NCBI GenBank assembly: GCA_963662275.1
Contig: OY759316.1
Location: forward strand, 3,552,001 to 3,616,000
DNA from: Candidatus Cloacimonadales bacterium
GTDB lineage: Bacteria; Cloacimonadota; Cloacimonadia; Cloacimonadales; DAONDQ01
DNA: 64,000 bases
Reading direction: 5' to 3'
This document shows, one piece after another, positions 49,201 through 59,045 of the stretch (positions are counted from its first letter, which is position 1; each line of letters opens with the position of its first letter). Position numbers and translations under genes: made by a program. The notes under the pieces were generated by a model. That model was not told the DNA's origin and ran no database searches. It was given only the letters and a program-made list of their open reading frames with translations.

Positions 49201-51662
49201 AAACGACATCCCTGGTAATTCCTTCCGCTTATATTTATCATGAAAATGTAGATACAACATCATATGAACATGATCCGGATTCGAACAGCTCTTCATATAT
49301 AACCCTGAAGATCAAATTTTATCCTGTTAATCATAAGATTGATTATCAGAATAAGATGATCACATTTACCACAAATGACAGCCTGAACCAGCATATAGCA
49401 ATTTCAGTTAATGGCATAGGCAGGGCAGCACAATTATCTGCATCCTGTGATACTTTGCAGCTTGCTGACTTTCCGGCAAACAACACACCGTCTTTTGGAG
49501 ATGAATATATCAAAGTATGGAATTCAGGTAATATACCTCTTGTTATTGATTCTTTGACAGCTCCTAAGCAATTCCAATATGCAATAACGACAGTTTCGCC
49601 ACCTGGCAAATCAGTTATTTCCAATAAAGATATCAATTACCATAGAGGGAGAGCACAGCAGGATTTTTCATCAAAGAGGATATCTGAAGATTCCAGTGTA
49701 AGGTTACCGGCTTTGAAACCAGTGTCCAAAATTCAAAAAACGAAATCTAATCCCTCAAAATCAGGTTCAGATCTAACCTGGCTGAATTCAGGCTCACTTG
49801 TATTGAACCCCAATGATACTGTTTGCGTGAAAGTAAGATATAAGCCATATGAGATAAAGAAATACGCGGGAAATCTGCGATTCATAACAAACGATTCTTA
49901 CCAGGCAATTCATGAGATCTATATAGAAGGGCACGGAGATACACTAGTTGTGAGCAAAAATCCAATTCCTCCCGAAGTATCAGGCAACATCACCAGCGAT
50001 ACTTTATGGGTGTGTCCTGAAATCCAGGTTATGGATTCCGTTAAGGTTGCGAATGGAAAGACTCTGACAATATCACCATTCCACCGCAGTATAAAAATTA
50101 AAACTGAACCCCATATTGGTTTCATAGTTGAAGGCAATCTCCATGTCACAAATCTTGCGGATTCAATAGTGACTTTTACGGCAGTTGACCCCAATGCCGG
50201 CTGGTGGGGTATACAATTCAGGAATAACCTGTATGGCAGTTCAAATTTCAACCATACAATCCTTGAATATGGGACAAGCAATTTACGACCGATAACATCC
50301 GGCGGTATTATTTCTGCACATGATTATGGCATATTGAGTCTGAATTATTGTAGTTTAAGACATAATCATGCAACGGGAAATGGAGGGGCAATCAGTACGC
50401 AAAACAGTGTTATATCAGTCAATCACTGCGCTTTCACAAACAATTCTGCGATGAATGGGGGAGCTCTCTCATACACCGCGATTGCCAACAGTCAGAGTCA
50501 AATAAGTTACAGCAGCTTTTCCGACAACACTTCAACTAAAAGTGGAGGAGCTTTATTCTTAACGGGTATAGGTGAGATATCTCTTTATACCGACACTTTC
50601 AATCAGAATCTTTCTGCCAAAGGGGGAGCAATTGAATTCTATGAGAAAGCAAACAGATCTTTGATTACTAACTGCACTTTTACTGAAAATAATGCTTCTT
50701 TAAAAGGCGGAGCAATCAATGCAGAGAAATCCAGTTTTACTCTAAACAGCAATAATCATTTTAATGCAAACCATTCCTATATATCAGGGGGAGCTGTTAA
50801 TGCTGAGAAATGCCAGGTTAGTTCCGAAAATGATATCTATTCCGATAACTACTCAGCAATTGGTGGAGCTTTCGCATTGAATTCCTGTGAATACCTGGTC
50901 AGGAATAGTACATTGTCAGAGAATTCAGCCTCGAGCAATGGTGGAGGTATCTGTGTCAGTGATTCATCCACTATGATATATACTTCTCCAGACACTCTTG
51001 TCTGTGAGAAGAATATACATAGCAATGTAATAAAAACGAATTTTGCTATTGGAAATGGCGGAGGAATCTATATTTCTGAAACCTGTGACTTTCATGGCAA
51101 TGCCCTGGAAGATAACGAAGCAGCTAATGGCGGTGGAGCATATATTATAGCAGGAAATATTGCGTTTGATTCCAATACTGTCGCAGGAAATATTGCCGAA
51201 CACGGATGTGGTCTCTTTATCGAAGATAATGCCATCAATATGACAAATACACTCATTTGGGAAAACGGATCAGAAACTGATAAACCGATCTTCCTTGAGC
51301 ATGCCAGCCAAGTGAACTTAACAAATTGTAATATTCCACCGCTAGGATTTGAGGGTACTCCAGCCAGCATAACAAAGATAAATTGCCTATCTATAGATCC
51401 TCAATTCGAAAAGCATTTTTCAACGAATTGCTTTCCCGCCTATGCTTTAAGTAAAGTATCAAAATGTGTGAACGCTGGTTTACCTGGTACATTTGTACCC
51501 AGTGGTGAAACTGATGCAAATAATTCATTGCGAATCACTGATCAACATGGTACAGAGATAATCGATATTGGAGCTTACGAATTTCAGTTTATCAGGCTAC
51601 ATTGCTGCTTAATGACAATATATCAATTCTTGCTGATTCATCAACAACAGAGAGTCAATTGA
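46293..51662 (+). CDS. large secreted right-handed beta-helix protein (pectate-lyase-like N-domain, polymorphic-membrane GGA(I) repeats, Ig-like domains); N-terminal part of a frameshifted gene
   Basis: Signal peptide, IPQGTYNI..IIKGDG, many FxxN..GGAI repeats, two DIGA(F/Y)E motifs. Confidence 0.75.
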   Translation: MNKITFSVLNIIMFVIIVFPLHAFYIDNAFGNAIHADSVKTAWSKSGVTDGVENISYTGIEYDITTLPTEWVGHAPYNAVNANANATDNAYAFTRAIRIMDSLSTNMKTLKIPQGTYNITGSLQLPPNIIIKGDGSGQTILNFIVPENPTWTAHCLNAFEMIDIDHTGIEDLTIQRFCLPNGGNDLHQYLIAPSHGGMDNSNNIFIRKSDQCWVTGVESIEPLRHHMEIDSCNNITVSGCYFDSARIRSGGGFGYGVQLLNGANQCLIENNIFHHNRHGVVFNDGSHYNVVAYNYIGDSECVSEWNPLGLPTIIIRSSYGDISLHGQNDEEGFPLTFQGPYNNLIEGNNCDILAVDTSHKENGVNNVFLRNRLKNDGLHICGEKDLDSHIVSALHDMFLIPSCWPVALAMIFSDLATTCSTCLIAKVNDPDLFADQPKQISINNWLQNNSWWKSQIMGYPYRQHSNHGQYEKVVRMKYIGFWGQWKEKTINDSHDGRQDFTYFRYAIDPDSNNPSYFKDEDWPYGPQSNINPAKRRWDSGGAIKTFSRTDPPGGKFVITTDSTFTGNLVVDAGTSLSLRPGVILKFTSGHGIIVNGGLEAIGTPAQPITFTNSDSVNIRLQGFIPNTVWDGMHVSGNAGSKPIITLSNCKFSHATDCALKLEHYEEATLDSCLFENNTGMGAISADDGNLVLTNTTFTDNTRSGEDYGGAALTLKSTIADIENCSFSENESHVKAGAIQITGTEGDSSTVNLTNCYFSNNFSEASSYAGCAINAEDYNGPINVVNCSFINQRKAIHSTLTQNMFISNSLFNNTKDPNDNLVIPNNTSTGYKYILESNYFALLNLGTISPVVTILDTIYTGNAGIILNEDEEQTGLFQTSKLVNTGNKDANLAALDILGHPRTIGRNIDIGAFETLKAEIRIDTLAVDFGDTPVVSDPSFAVKEYSLRIYNLGTYDLNLDSLSVPAGYTVETTSLVIPSAYIYHENVDTTSYEHDPDSNSSSYITLKIKFYPVNHKIDYQNKMITFTTNDSLNQHIAISVNGIGRAAQLSASCDTLQLADFPANNTPSFGDEYIKVWNSGNIPLVIDSLTAPKQFQYAITTVSPPGKSVISNKDINYHRGRAQQDFSSKRISEDSSVRLPALKPVSKIQKTKSNPSKSGSDLTWLNSGSLVLNPNDTVCVKVRYKPYEIKKYAGNLRFITNDSYQAIHEIYIEGHGDTLVVSKNPIPPEVSGNITSDTLWVCPEIQVMDSVKVANGKTLTISPFHRSIKIKTEPHIGFIVEGNLHVTNLADSIVTFTAVDPNAGWWGIQFRNNLYGSSNFNHTILEYGTSNLRPITSGGIISAHDYGILSLNYCSLRHNHATGNGGAISTQNSVISVNHCAFTNNSAMNGGALSYTAIANSQSQISYSSFSDNTSTKSGGALFLTGIGEISLYTDTFNQNLSAKGGAIEFYEKANRSLITNCTFTENNASLKGGAINAEKSSFTLNSNNHFNANHSYISGGAVNAEKCQVSSENDIYSDNYSAIGGAFALNSCEYLVRNSTLSENSASSNGGGICVSDSSTMIYTSPDTLVCEKNIHSNVIKTNFAIGNGGGIYISETCDFHGNALEDNEAANGGGAYIIAGNIAFDSNTVAGNIAEHGCGLFIEDNAINMTNTLIWENGSETDKPIFLEHASQVNLTNCNIPPLGFEGTPASITKINCLSIDPQFEKHFSTNCFPAYALSKVSKCVNAGLPGTFVPSGETDANNSLRITDQHGTEIIDIGAYEFQFIRLHCCLMTIYQFLLIHQQQRVN

Positions 51663-53269
51663 TTTTATCTGATTCAGCTCCGGTCAGTTTTAATCATTCT
51701 AACCTGGTTGGCTGTAATGTGGAATCAGATAATACCTATCTCAGCTTTACTGAATCATATTTGAAAAACGTGCATATCCTGCAGAAGACAGAATCACTTT
51801 TAGCTGAGAACTCATATTTCAATTGCTCGAATATAGAAGGTTATAATTTACCCATAACTGATAAGGATTCTCTTTCAGTAATGGTTATCAACTGTATCTT
51901 TGAAAATATGCCTGATTCAACAGCGATAAGGCTTTATTCTTATCCCCGTTTTAAGATAGCAGGTAATACAATTTCCAACTATTACTCAGCTCTTTCCTTA
52001 TTCGAATATGGATTGGGAAATGATAATGAAGTTTCTAACAATACATTTACCGATAATCAATTTGGCTATGGAATACAAAGTTACCATTCCTATGCCAAAG
52101 TCATAGGCTCAAATGTGATTAAGAATAATTATATTGGTATCGCCGGACTTAGAAATTCAGAAATTGTAGTATGCGGATCTCCTAATCCACCATTACAAAT
52201 GATATATGATCAGTATAACCTGGAAATGGCTTTTATGCATGACAGCTTTCCAGGTAAGATGTATCATAATGTCGTCTTCGATATCGTTCATCCCAATGAT
52301 GCGCTAATCCAGTGTATGAACTGTCCCTATACTGAAATTCATGATTTAACACACAATAACTGGAACGATACAAAAGTTGACAATTATCTTTTACCAAGTG
52401 ATTACATGAACAATGAACCGGTATGGGACTTAGCAGCATCAGATTTACCAGGGTTATTGCCGGAAGCTGAAATTTACGAAATGGCTCTCAATAACATCCA
52501 AATTGGGAACTATCATTTAGCTGAATCCTTATTAAAACAGATTATTTCTGAATACCCTAATTCCATTAGTTATGTGAAATTAGCTGAAAAACAATTACTG
52601 GCTGCTTACAGTACTGCTGGCGATGACTTCTTTGTACTAAAGCATTTCTACGCATCAGAACCTAATTTGCATAATGATAATGGAATAGATCAATTAACAG
52701 ATTATCTGGTAGTTCGTTGTTTAATCAAATTAGAGGATTATGAATCAGCGATTCAATGGTTTGAATCTGTCATTTCAAATCCTGATACGCCCGAAGATGG
52801 CATTTATGCCACAATTGATCTCGCTTATACATATTTACTGATGAGCCAGGAAAAGAGTGCTCCGACTGTTGCAACGATATATCCAAATCTCGTTCCTCGA
52901 TCAATGCAGGAGTTTAAAAAGAAATCGGATGACAATATAAATCTGCTGCTGAAAGGCTTTCAGTCACAAAATACAGTGACTCCTCCTCCAATTACATTCA
53001 AAGTCTATCAGAATTACCCGAATCCCTTCAATGGCTCAACAACCTTCTCCTTTGATTTGCCTCGAACAGGTAAAGTGAAACTGGCTGTTTATAATATCAA
53101 AGGGCAATTGGTGAAAGATTTCCGTTTAGATTCCCTGGCTAAAGGAAAGCAGAAAGTTGTTTGGGATTGCAGAAACAAAGATGGTAGAGGTATAGCTTCA
53201 GGTATCTATTTTTATCGAGTCAGGTATGAGGGCAAAACGGTTACTAAAAAGATGTGCTATGTGAAGTAA
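51602..53269 (+). CDS. C-terminal part of the same protein: beta-helix, TPR and FlgD/T9SS-type C-terminal domain
   Basis: No signal peptide or RBS. Ends QNYPNPFN..YNIKGQLV..ASGIYFY. The frame stays open back to 51542, overlapping the previous ORF. Confidence 0.7.
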   Translation: MLLNDNISILADSSTTESQLILSDSAPVSFNHSNLVGCNVESDNTYLSFTESYLKNVHILQKTESLLAENSYFNCSNIEGYNLPITDKDSLSVMVINCIFENMPDSTAIRLYSYPRFKIAGNTISNYYSALSLFEYGLGNDNEVSNNTFTDNQFGYGIQSYHSYAKVIGSNVIKNNYIGIAGLRNSEIVVCGSPNPPLQMIYDQYNLEMAFMHDSFPGKMYHNVVFDIVHPNDALIQCMNCPYTEIHDLTHNNWNDTKVDNYLLPSDYMNNEPVWDLAASDLPGLLPEAEIYEMALNNIQIGNYHLAESLLKQIISEYPNSISYVKLAEKQLLAAYSTAGDDFFVLKHFYASEPNLHNDNGIDQLTDYLVVRCLIKLEDYESAIQWFESVISNPDTPEDGIYATIDLAYTYLLMSQEKSAPTVATIYPNLVPRSMQEFKKKSDDNINLLLKGFQSQNTVTPPPITFKVYQNYPNPFNGSTTFSFDLPRTGKVKLAVYNIKGQLVKDFRLDSLAKGKQKVVWDCRNKDGRGIASGIYFYRVRYEGKTVTKKMCYVK

Positions 53270-53294
53270 TCTGGATTAGAGAATATGCAAAATG

Positions 53295-53320
53295 AAAAGG
53301 CTGCCTTCTGGCAGCCTTTT
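53295..53320. terminator. Rho-independent (bidirectional-type) terminator
   Basis: AAAAGGCTGCC-TTCT-GGCAGCCTTTT. Confidence 0.85.
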
Positions 53321-53553
53321 CTATAGATGATTACATGTTTTGCATCAGGATGAATAAGAACACTAAGTAACATGAGAGTGTCTATCAAATGATAGAAATA
53401 TAACTTATCATACATACATCCTTATTAAGCAAAGTGGAAACGCCCAAGTTGGGCGTCTCTACTTCTTTCATTCTGCAATTGTGGTACCTGTTTCTTGTTA
53501 TTTTCAGATATTTCTATTGACAGCTAACCATCTTCAATTTCATACGTAATAAA

Positions 53554-53571
53554 TGAATGGCTATTCATTCA
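53554..53571. promoter_or_regulatory. palindromic TetR operator (FadR/YsiA-box-like)
   Basis: TGAATG-GCTATT-CATTCA, downstream of TTGACA (53517-53522) and upstream of the TetR gene. Confidence 0.65.
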
Positions 53572-53630
53572 TATGAATCATTTTCATTATTGAATGTATT
53601 TAATTATAACGTTACATGGAGGTTACTACA

Positions 53631-54245
53631 ATGGAAATTAAAAAAGATTTATCGAACAAGCAATTGTCAAAAAGGGAAGCGATTATCAATGCTGCCATCA
53701 ACGTATTTGCCCGAAAAGGCTACATGAAGGCAAAAATCTCTGATGTTGCCCAAAAAGCGAATGTAGCGGATGGTACCGTTTATTTGTATTTCAAGAACAA
53801 GGATGATCTGCTGATTCAAGCTATGCGGGAAATGCTGGAAGATAAACTGATAAAAATACGCCGCAAGATAGCTAAAAAGACTACAGCACGTGAAAAGCTC
53901 TTTAAATTTGCAGAATTGCATATTGATCTATATATCAAAAATCCTGATGTTGTACGCTTTATGGTTGTAGAATTACGTCAAAGCCAGGAATTTTATAAAA
54001 AATATCCGACTTTTGCTCCGATGAATGACTATCTGAATTATGTCCAACAACTCGTTGAAGATGCCATTGCTGAGGGCAGTATTCGAAAGGTTGATTCCAA
54101 GACACTTGCCTTGATGATCATTGGTATGATGGATTTTGTCCTGACCCAATGGGCTCTTGGATCGGAGAAACTTTCTCTTCATGAGATTACAGCCAACTTC
54201 ATAGATATCGTCCATTCCGGATTGCGGATTGATCCTAAAGAATAG
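53631..54245 (+). CDS. TetR-family regulator (FadR/YsiA-like)
   Basis: IINAAINVFARKGY..ISDVAQKANVADGTVYLYFKNKDDLL. ATG 53631 follows GGAGG. Confidence 0.9.
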   Translation: MEIKKDLSNKQLSKREAIINAAINVFARKGYMKAKISDVAQKANVADGTVYLYFKNKDDLLIQAMREMLEDKLIKIRRKIAKKTTAREKLFKFAELHIDLYIKNPDVVRFMVVELRQSQEFYKKYPTFAPMNDYLNYVQQLVEDAIAEGSIRKVDSKTLALMIIGMMDFVLTQWALGSEKLSLHEITANFIDIVHSGLRIDPKE

Positions 54246-55704
54246 CAACTGCCAGGAACATTCCATGTTGAAAGAAAACAGTATCCTATTCAGATACATC
54301 ATACTCCCAGCCATAATCATATTCAGCTACGGAGTAATGCAGGCGCAAACTGGATTGACCTTAGAGCAATCTCATCAACTAGCGCTGAAGCATAATCAGC
54401 AGATTATTTCAGGGAATGAGTTCTTGGAATCTGCTAAAAACCTGCAAAAAGCTTCCTTCACAAAATTCCTGCCAACATTCCAGTTTATGGGTGATTATAC
54501 ACGTATGAACAAGCAGTTCAGGTATGAGCAGGGACTAGGCTTAGATAAGATTCTCCAGGGAATGGTGCAGGTTAATCCGGCAGTGAGTACAGACCCATTT
54601 TATCAGACACTGGCAGGAATGGCACAGCAAGGACTTATCCCCAATGAATTGGATTTATCATTGGGGGAAAAGAACAACTACCTTCTTACTTTTTCAGCAA
54701 CCCAGCCCCTCTTTACAGGCGGTAAGATTAGAGATCAGTATCGTATCAGTAAATATAGCAAAAACGCAGCAGAAATATCGTTGTTGCAGACTAAAACGGA
54801 AATCATCATGAAAACCGATACTGCTTACTGGACGACCGTATCCGTTGGTGAGAAAGTCAAACTTGCACATCAATACCAGTCCATGTTACAATCTCATGTG
54901 ACAGATCTGCAGAATATGCTGGATGAAGGTTTAATTACCAATAATGACTTATTGAAAGCACAAGTGAAGAAAACAGATTCAGATATCCAGGTGATGCAAG
55001 CTGAAAATGGATATGCCTTATCTCATATGGTATTGAATCAATTGCTCGGGCTATCACTTGATGATAGGACACCTTTGCTGGATTCCTTATCCAATGAGAT
55101 ACATCTCCAAACAGCTTATATGAATCAGATGAAAACACCTCTAAATCGTCCTGAAATACAGCAACTACAGCAGGTAATGGGTATCAGCAAAACGATGCTG
55201 CATTTGGCTAAGTCAGATTATTTTCCAAACCTTATGCTCCAGGGCAATTACACATACATAAATCCCAATCCGTATAATAGTCTTCAGACTGAATTTGGAC
55301 ATGATTGGCAGATCAGCCTGCTTGCCCAATGGCAATTGTTTGATTGGAATGCCCGTGGTTTTGATGTCAGTGCAGCACGTCATAAGAATAATGCGCTCCA
55401 GGCAAAATTGAATGAAGCAACTGAGATGGTAAACCTGGAAATAGAACAGTCACGCATGAAATATGATGTTGCCGTTCGTAAAACTGAAATGACCCATCTA
55501 TCACTTAGGCAAGCTGAAGAAAATCTGCGCAATGCCACAGAGCAGTTTCATGAAGGTGTTTTGACCAGCAGTGAAGTCCTGGATGCACAGACAACCTGGC
55601 AACAATCCTACTCCAATTGGATAGAAGCTCAAGCTGATGCGCATATTCAAGAAACTACCCTTCGAAAAGCTTTAGGGATCTTAGTTGATAAGGAGAATTC
55701 ATGA
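54229..55704 (+). CDS. TolC-family outer membrane efflux protein
   Basis: LTLEQS..ALKHN, FLP, QPLFTGGK, LFDW repeats. The true start may be the ATG at 54265. Confidence 0.88.
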   Translation: MILKNSNCQEHSMLKENSILFRYIILPAIIIFSYGVMQAQTGLTLEQSHQLALKHNQQIISGNEFLESAKNLQKASFTKFLPTFQFMGDYTRMNKQFRYEQGLGLDKILQGMVQVNPAVSTDPFYQTLAGMAQQGLIPNELDLSLGEKNNYLLTFSATQPLFTGGKIRDQYRISKYSKNAAEISLLQTKTEIIMKTDTAYWTTVSVGEKVKLAHQYQSMLQSHVTDLQNMLDEGLITNNDLLKAQVKKTDSDIQVMQAENGYALSHMVLNQLLGLSLDDRTPLLDSLSNEIHLQTAYMNQMKTPLNRPEIQQLQQVMGISKTMLHLAKSDYFPNLMLQGNYTYINPNPYNSLQTEFGHDWQISLLAQWQLFDWNARGFDVSAARHKNNALQAKLNEATEMVNLEIEQSRMKYDVAVRKTEMTHLSLRQAEENLRNATEQFHEGVLTSSEVLDAQTTWQQSYSNWIEAQADAHIQETTLRKALGILVDKENS

Positions 55705-56693
55705 AGAAACCGAAAAAGATAAATCTTCTCTTGTGTATTCCTGTTATTGTCATTGTTGGAATTATCCTCTTTTATCTGATTACGCACATTCATCCTGCTC
55801 CACAGTATATTTTAGGAGAAATCGATGCCACCCAGGTAGATATCAGTTCGAAAATACCAGGCAGGATTGATTCTATTTTTGTAGAAAAAGGGATGCAGGT
55901 TGAAAAAGGCCAGGTTCTTGCCAGGCTGCTTTCCCCTGAAATTGAAGCTAAGGTTGAACAAGCTAAAGATGCTGTCAAATCAGCAAAAGCGCTCTTGGAT
56001 ATGGCATCGAATGGAACCCGTTCCCAGGATAAAGCTGCTGCCTATGAAATGTATTCTGCTGCGAAGGCTCAATCTGATTTTGCTTCCAAATCTTATCAGC
56101 GCATGAGTGTCCTGGTAGAAAAGAAAAGTATTTCTAAACAAGCTTTCGATGAAGTTGAAGCAAAGTATTTATCTGCCAAGGCACAGGAGGAAGCAGCCCT
56201 GCAGAAATGGAATATGGCAAAAGAAGGTGCTCGTATAGAAGAGATTCAAGCTGCTCGCGGTAATTATGAAAGAGCTGTCAATACGCTGAAAGAGGTTCAG
56301 TCATATTTAGATGAAATCAGTATCAAGGCATCCCAAGCAGGAGAAATTGATAATCTCATAGCTGATCCTGGTGAAATGGTAGCTGCCGGTTATCCGATAC
56401 TATCCATCGTTGATTTGAACAGTTGCTGGATTGTAGTGTATGTGAGTGAAGATAAACTCCCTCTGTTCAAAAAGGGAACATCACTCAATGCAGAAATCCC
56501 GGCAATAGGGAAGAAAGCATTTCCTTTTACGGTAAATTATATTAGCCCTGTTGCTGATTTTGCGACTAAAAGAGCAACCTCCGGCCAGGGGAGTTTTGAC
56601 TTAAAGTCATTCCAGGTACAACTAGTTCCAATACAGCCAATTCCAGATTTACGCCCTGGGATGAGCGCCAGACTTATGCTTCCCCGTTTATAG
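55701..56693 (+). CDS. HlyD-family membrane fusion protein
   Basis: ISSKIPGRI..VEKGMQVEKGQVL, helical hairpin, LRPGMSA. Confidence 0.9.
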   Translation: MKKPKKINLLLCIPVIVIVGIILFYLITHIHPAPQYILGEIDATQVDISSKIPGRIDSIFVEKGMQVEKGQVLARLLSPEIEAKVEQAKDAVKSAKALLDMASNGTRSQDKAAAYEMYSAAKAQSDFASKSYQRMSVLVEKKSISKQAFDEVEAKYLSAKAQEEAALQKWNMAKEGARIEEIQAARGNYERAVNTLKEVQSYLDEISIKASQAGEIDNLIADPGEMVAAGYPILSIVDLNSCWIVVYVSEDKLPLFKKGTSLNAEIPAIGKKAFPFTVNYISPVADFATKRATSGQGSFDLKSFQVQLVPIQPIPDLRPGMSARLMLPRL

Positions 56694-56706
56694 TATCAGA
56701 GATTAT

Positions 56707-57864
56707 ATGGACCACATCGTTCAGAAAATAGCACATGATGAGTGGAAATACAATCATCATCAAGCTTTCAATTGGATGGCTCTGTATGTGCTTCCCGTTG
56801 TGATAGCGATTCTGATTTGTCTCATTTATCAGCATCATGTTCTTGTGAAAATGCCGACTGTGATTGTGGACCAGGATAAGACAATCACTTCCCTGCGTTT
56901 GACAAGGATGTTGGATCAGCATAGATTTATCCATGTGAATGATAGAACAGACCAAGTGGCAGAAGGAATCAAAGCAATTCGAACTCGAAAAGCGTATGCG
57001 CTGATTATTATTCCACGTGATTTTGAAAAGAACTGGAAAAGCGGACAGCAGCCAGTCATTAGGGGATACAGTTACGGTACGAACCTTGTAGTGGGGAAAT
57101 CCATTCAAAAGGCAATTGTGGAAACGGTAAATCAAGTCAGCAGTGAAATCGTAGTTGGCAAATTAGCAGTCATGAGACACGAATCAACTGATTCAAAAGC
57201 AAACTTTCCTCCATTAAACCTGGATGTTCATAATCTCTATAATCCCGGGTATAATTATCAGTGGTTTTTACCACCGGGAGCTATTATCAGCATTCTGCAA
57301 ATGCTGATCGTCATGTTGGGTGCTACAGCATTTTGCAGTAAGAAAAGAAATCCAGGATCATCAGAGATAAGTTCCTTCTTCCAGTTGTATATTGGTAAAT
57401 CAATCCCAATCATCATTATCTACACACTCCAGGGTCTTTTCATCTGGCTTGTGCTATTCCCCCTGCTTGGCATTCCTGTCAGAGGAAACCTTCTAATAGG
57501 TTTACTCTTATGGGAAGCATTCATTATCACTAGCTATACCATTGGTTTTTCCATCTCCGCCATGATAAAGGATTCGATGATTGCCACAGTGGCTTCCATC
57601 TTTATCATGGCGCCTTCTTTTGCTTTTTCAGGTTATACATATCCATTTTGGGAAATGCCATTATTGCATCGTATCTTCGCATTGATCATGCCCTCCACTC
57701 ATTTCCTGCCTGCATTTCTCCAGTTTTTCCTGCAAGGCAGCGCTCTTTCTACCATGTTTCCGCAAATACTCAGCTTATGTATATTCTTCTTATGCATTTT
57801 TTTGCTTTTACTCATAAGTAAATTCATTCATAAATGCTACCCGAACGGATGGGAAAGAATATGA
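56707..57864 (+). CDS. ABC-2 type permease
   Basis: IVDQD..S..L, YNP..NY..FL.PG, FSGYTYP..MP. Confidence 0.85.
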   Translation: MDHIVQKIAHDEWKYNHHQAFNWMALYVLPVVIAILICLIYQHHVLVKMPTVIVDQDKTITSLRLTRMLDQHRFIHVNDRTDQVAEGIKAIRTRKAYALIIIPRDFEKNWKSGQQPVIRGYSYGTNLVVGKSIQKAIVETVNQVSSEIVVGKLAVMRHESTDSKANFPPLNLDVHNLYNPGYNYQWFLPPGAIISILQMLIVMLGATAFCSKKRNPGSSEISSFFQLYIGKSIPIIIIYTLQGLFIWLVLFPLLGIPVRGNLLIGLLLWEAFIITSYTIGFSISAMIKDSMIATVASIFIMAPSFAFSGYTYPFWEMPLLHRIFALIMPSTHFLPAFLQFFLQGSALSTMFPQILSLCIFFLCIFLLLLISKFIHKCYPNGWERI

Positions 57865-59045
57865 AAACGCTTATGATCTTTCGTAATAAACGGGAATGGA
57901 AGATACTCTCCAACGAGAAAACCATCTTCCTGCTCGTGCTTATTGCACCGATTATATACCTGTTCTTTTATGGTGCGATTTATCGAAATAATACAGTAAC
58001 CAAGGCTGATATTGCTGTGATTGACCAGGATCATACGAAGTTTTCCAGGCTATACATCCAATATTTGGAAGCAGACCCAGTCTTAAGCACTCAGAAGATT
58101 CAACTGACTGATGAAGCACAGCAACTCCTGGAGCAGCAGAAGATTGCAGGATACATCATACTTCCCATTCATCTTGAAGAGAATGTGAAGAGGGGAAATC
58201 AGGTAGTCATTGCAGCATACATCAATACAGGAAGTTTTATGCTGGCAAATGAGTTGAATAAAAGGTTTCTGCAAATCAATACTACACTTTCAACTGGTGT
58301 TTTACTGAAAAGCTGGCAATCACAAGGTATTCCCATGAATACAGCCATGAAACAGGCATTACCTATCAAAGTGGATATCTCCTCAGTCGGTAATGCGGGT
58401 TATGGTTATGGAAACTTCCTGCTGGTGGGTCTCTTTCTCCTTATTCTGCACCAGTTAATGCTAATTTCTATTACAGAATCCGTTGCCAGGGAAAATGAAA
58501 AAGGAACGATACTGAATTGGTTCAATACTACTGGGTGTCATACTCTCAAAGCGCTTGGGTATAAGCTTCTCCCCTACTATCTCATATTCATGGTATACTA
58601 TTTATTTGTTCCTACCCTTCCATTCAAGACCTTTCACTTAGTTCAGAATGCTAATTTCTTCAGTCTTTTCTTATTAGGATTACCGGCTTTCCTGGTAATT
58701 GGAGAAATTGGATTACTACTTGGAAGCTTTTTTAAAACGCAGTTACAGGCACTTCAATTCATTGCTGTGATGTCCGTTCCTATATTTTTAATGAGTGGTT
58801 TTTCCTGGCCTATCGAACAAATGCCTTGGGTACTCAGATATTTGAATTATCTGTTACCAACTCATTTCCTGCTCCTGCCATTTCAATCCATGACTCAATT
58901 AGGTAGTTCTTTGCAGGAACAATTCCCGAGTTGGATGATACTTTGGTTACAAGCCTTAATTTATTTCTTGCTACTGTATTGGAGATATATAAAAGTATTC
59001 CATAAGGTGGAATACAATATTGAAGCAAACCAAAATAGACAATGA
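57834..59045 (+). CDS. ABC-2 type permease
   Basis: IAVIDQD..SR, SVARENEKGT, MSGFSWP..MP. The start may be the ATG at 57861. Confidence 0.85.
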   Translation: MLPERMGKNMKTLMIFRNKREWKILSNEKTIFLLVLIAPIIYLFFYGAIYRNNTVTKADIAVIDQDHTKFSRLYIQYLEADPVLSTQKIQLTDEAQQLLEQQKIAGYIILPIHLEENVKRGNQVVIAAYINTGSFMLANELNKRFLQINTTLSTGVLLKSWQSQGIPMNTAMKQALPIKVDISSVGNAGYGYGNFLLVGLFLLILHQLMLISITESVARENEKGTILNWFNTTGCHTLKALGYKLLPYYLIFMVYYLFVPTLPFKTFHLVQNANFFSLFLLGLPAFLVIGEIGLLLGSFFKTQLQALQFIAVMSVPIFLMSGFSWPIEQMPWVLRYLNYLLPTHFLLLPFQSMTQLGSSLQEQFPSWMILWLQALIYFLLLYWRYIKVFHKVEYNIEANQNRQ

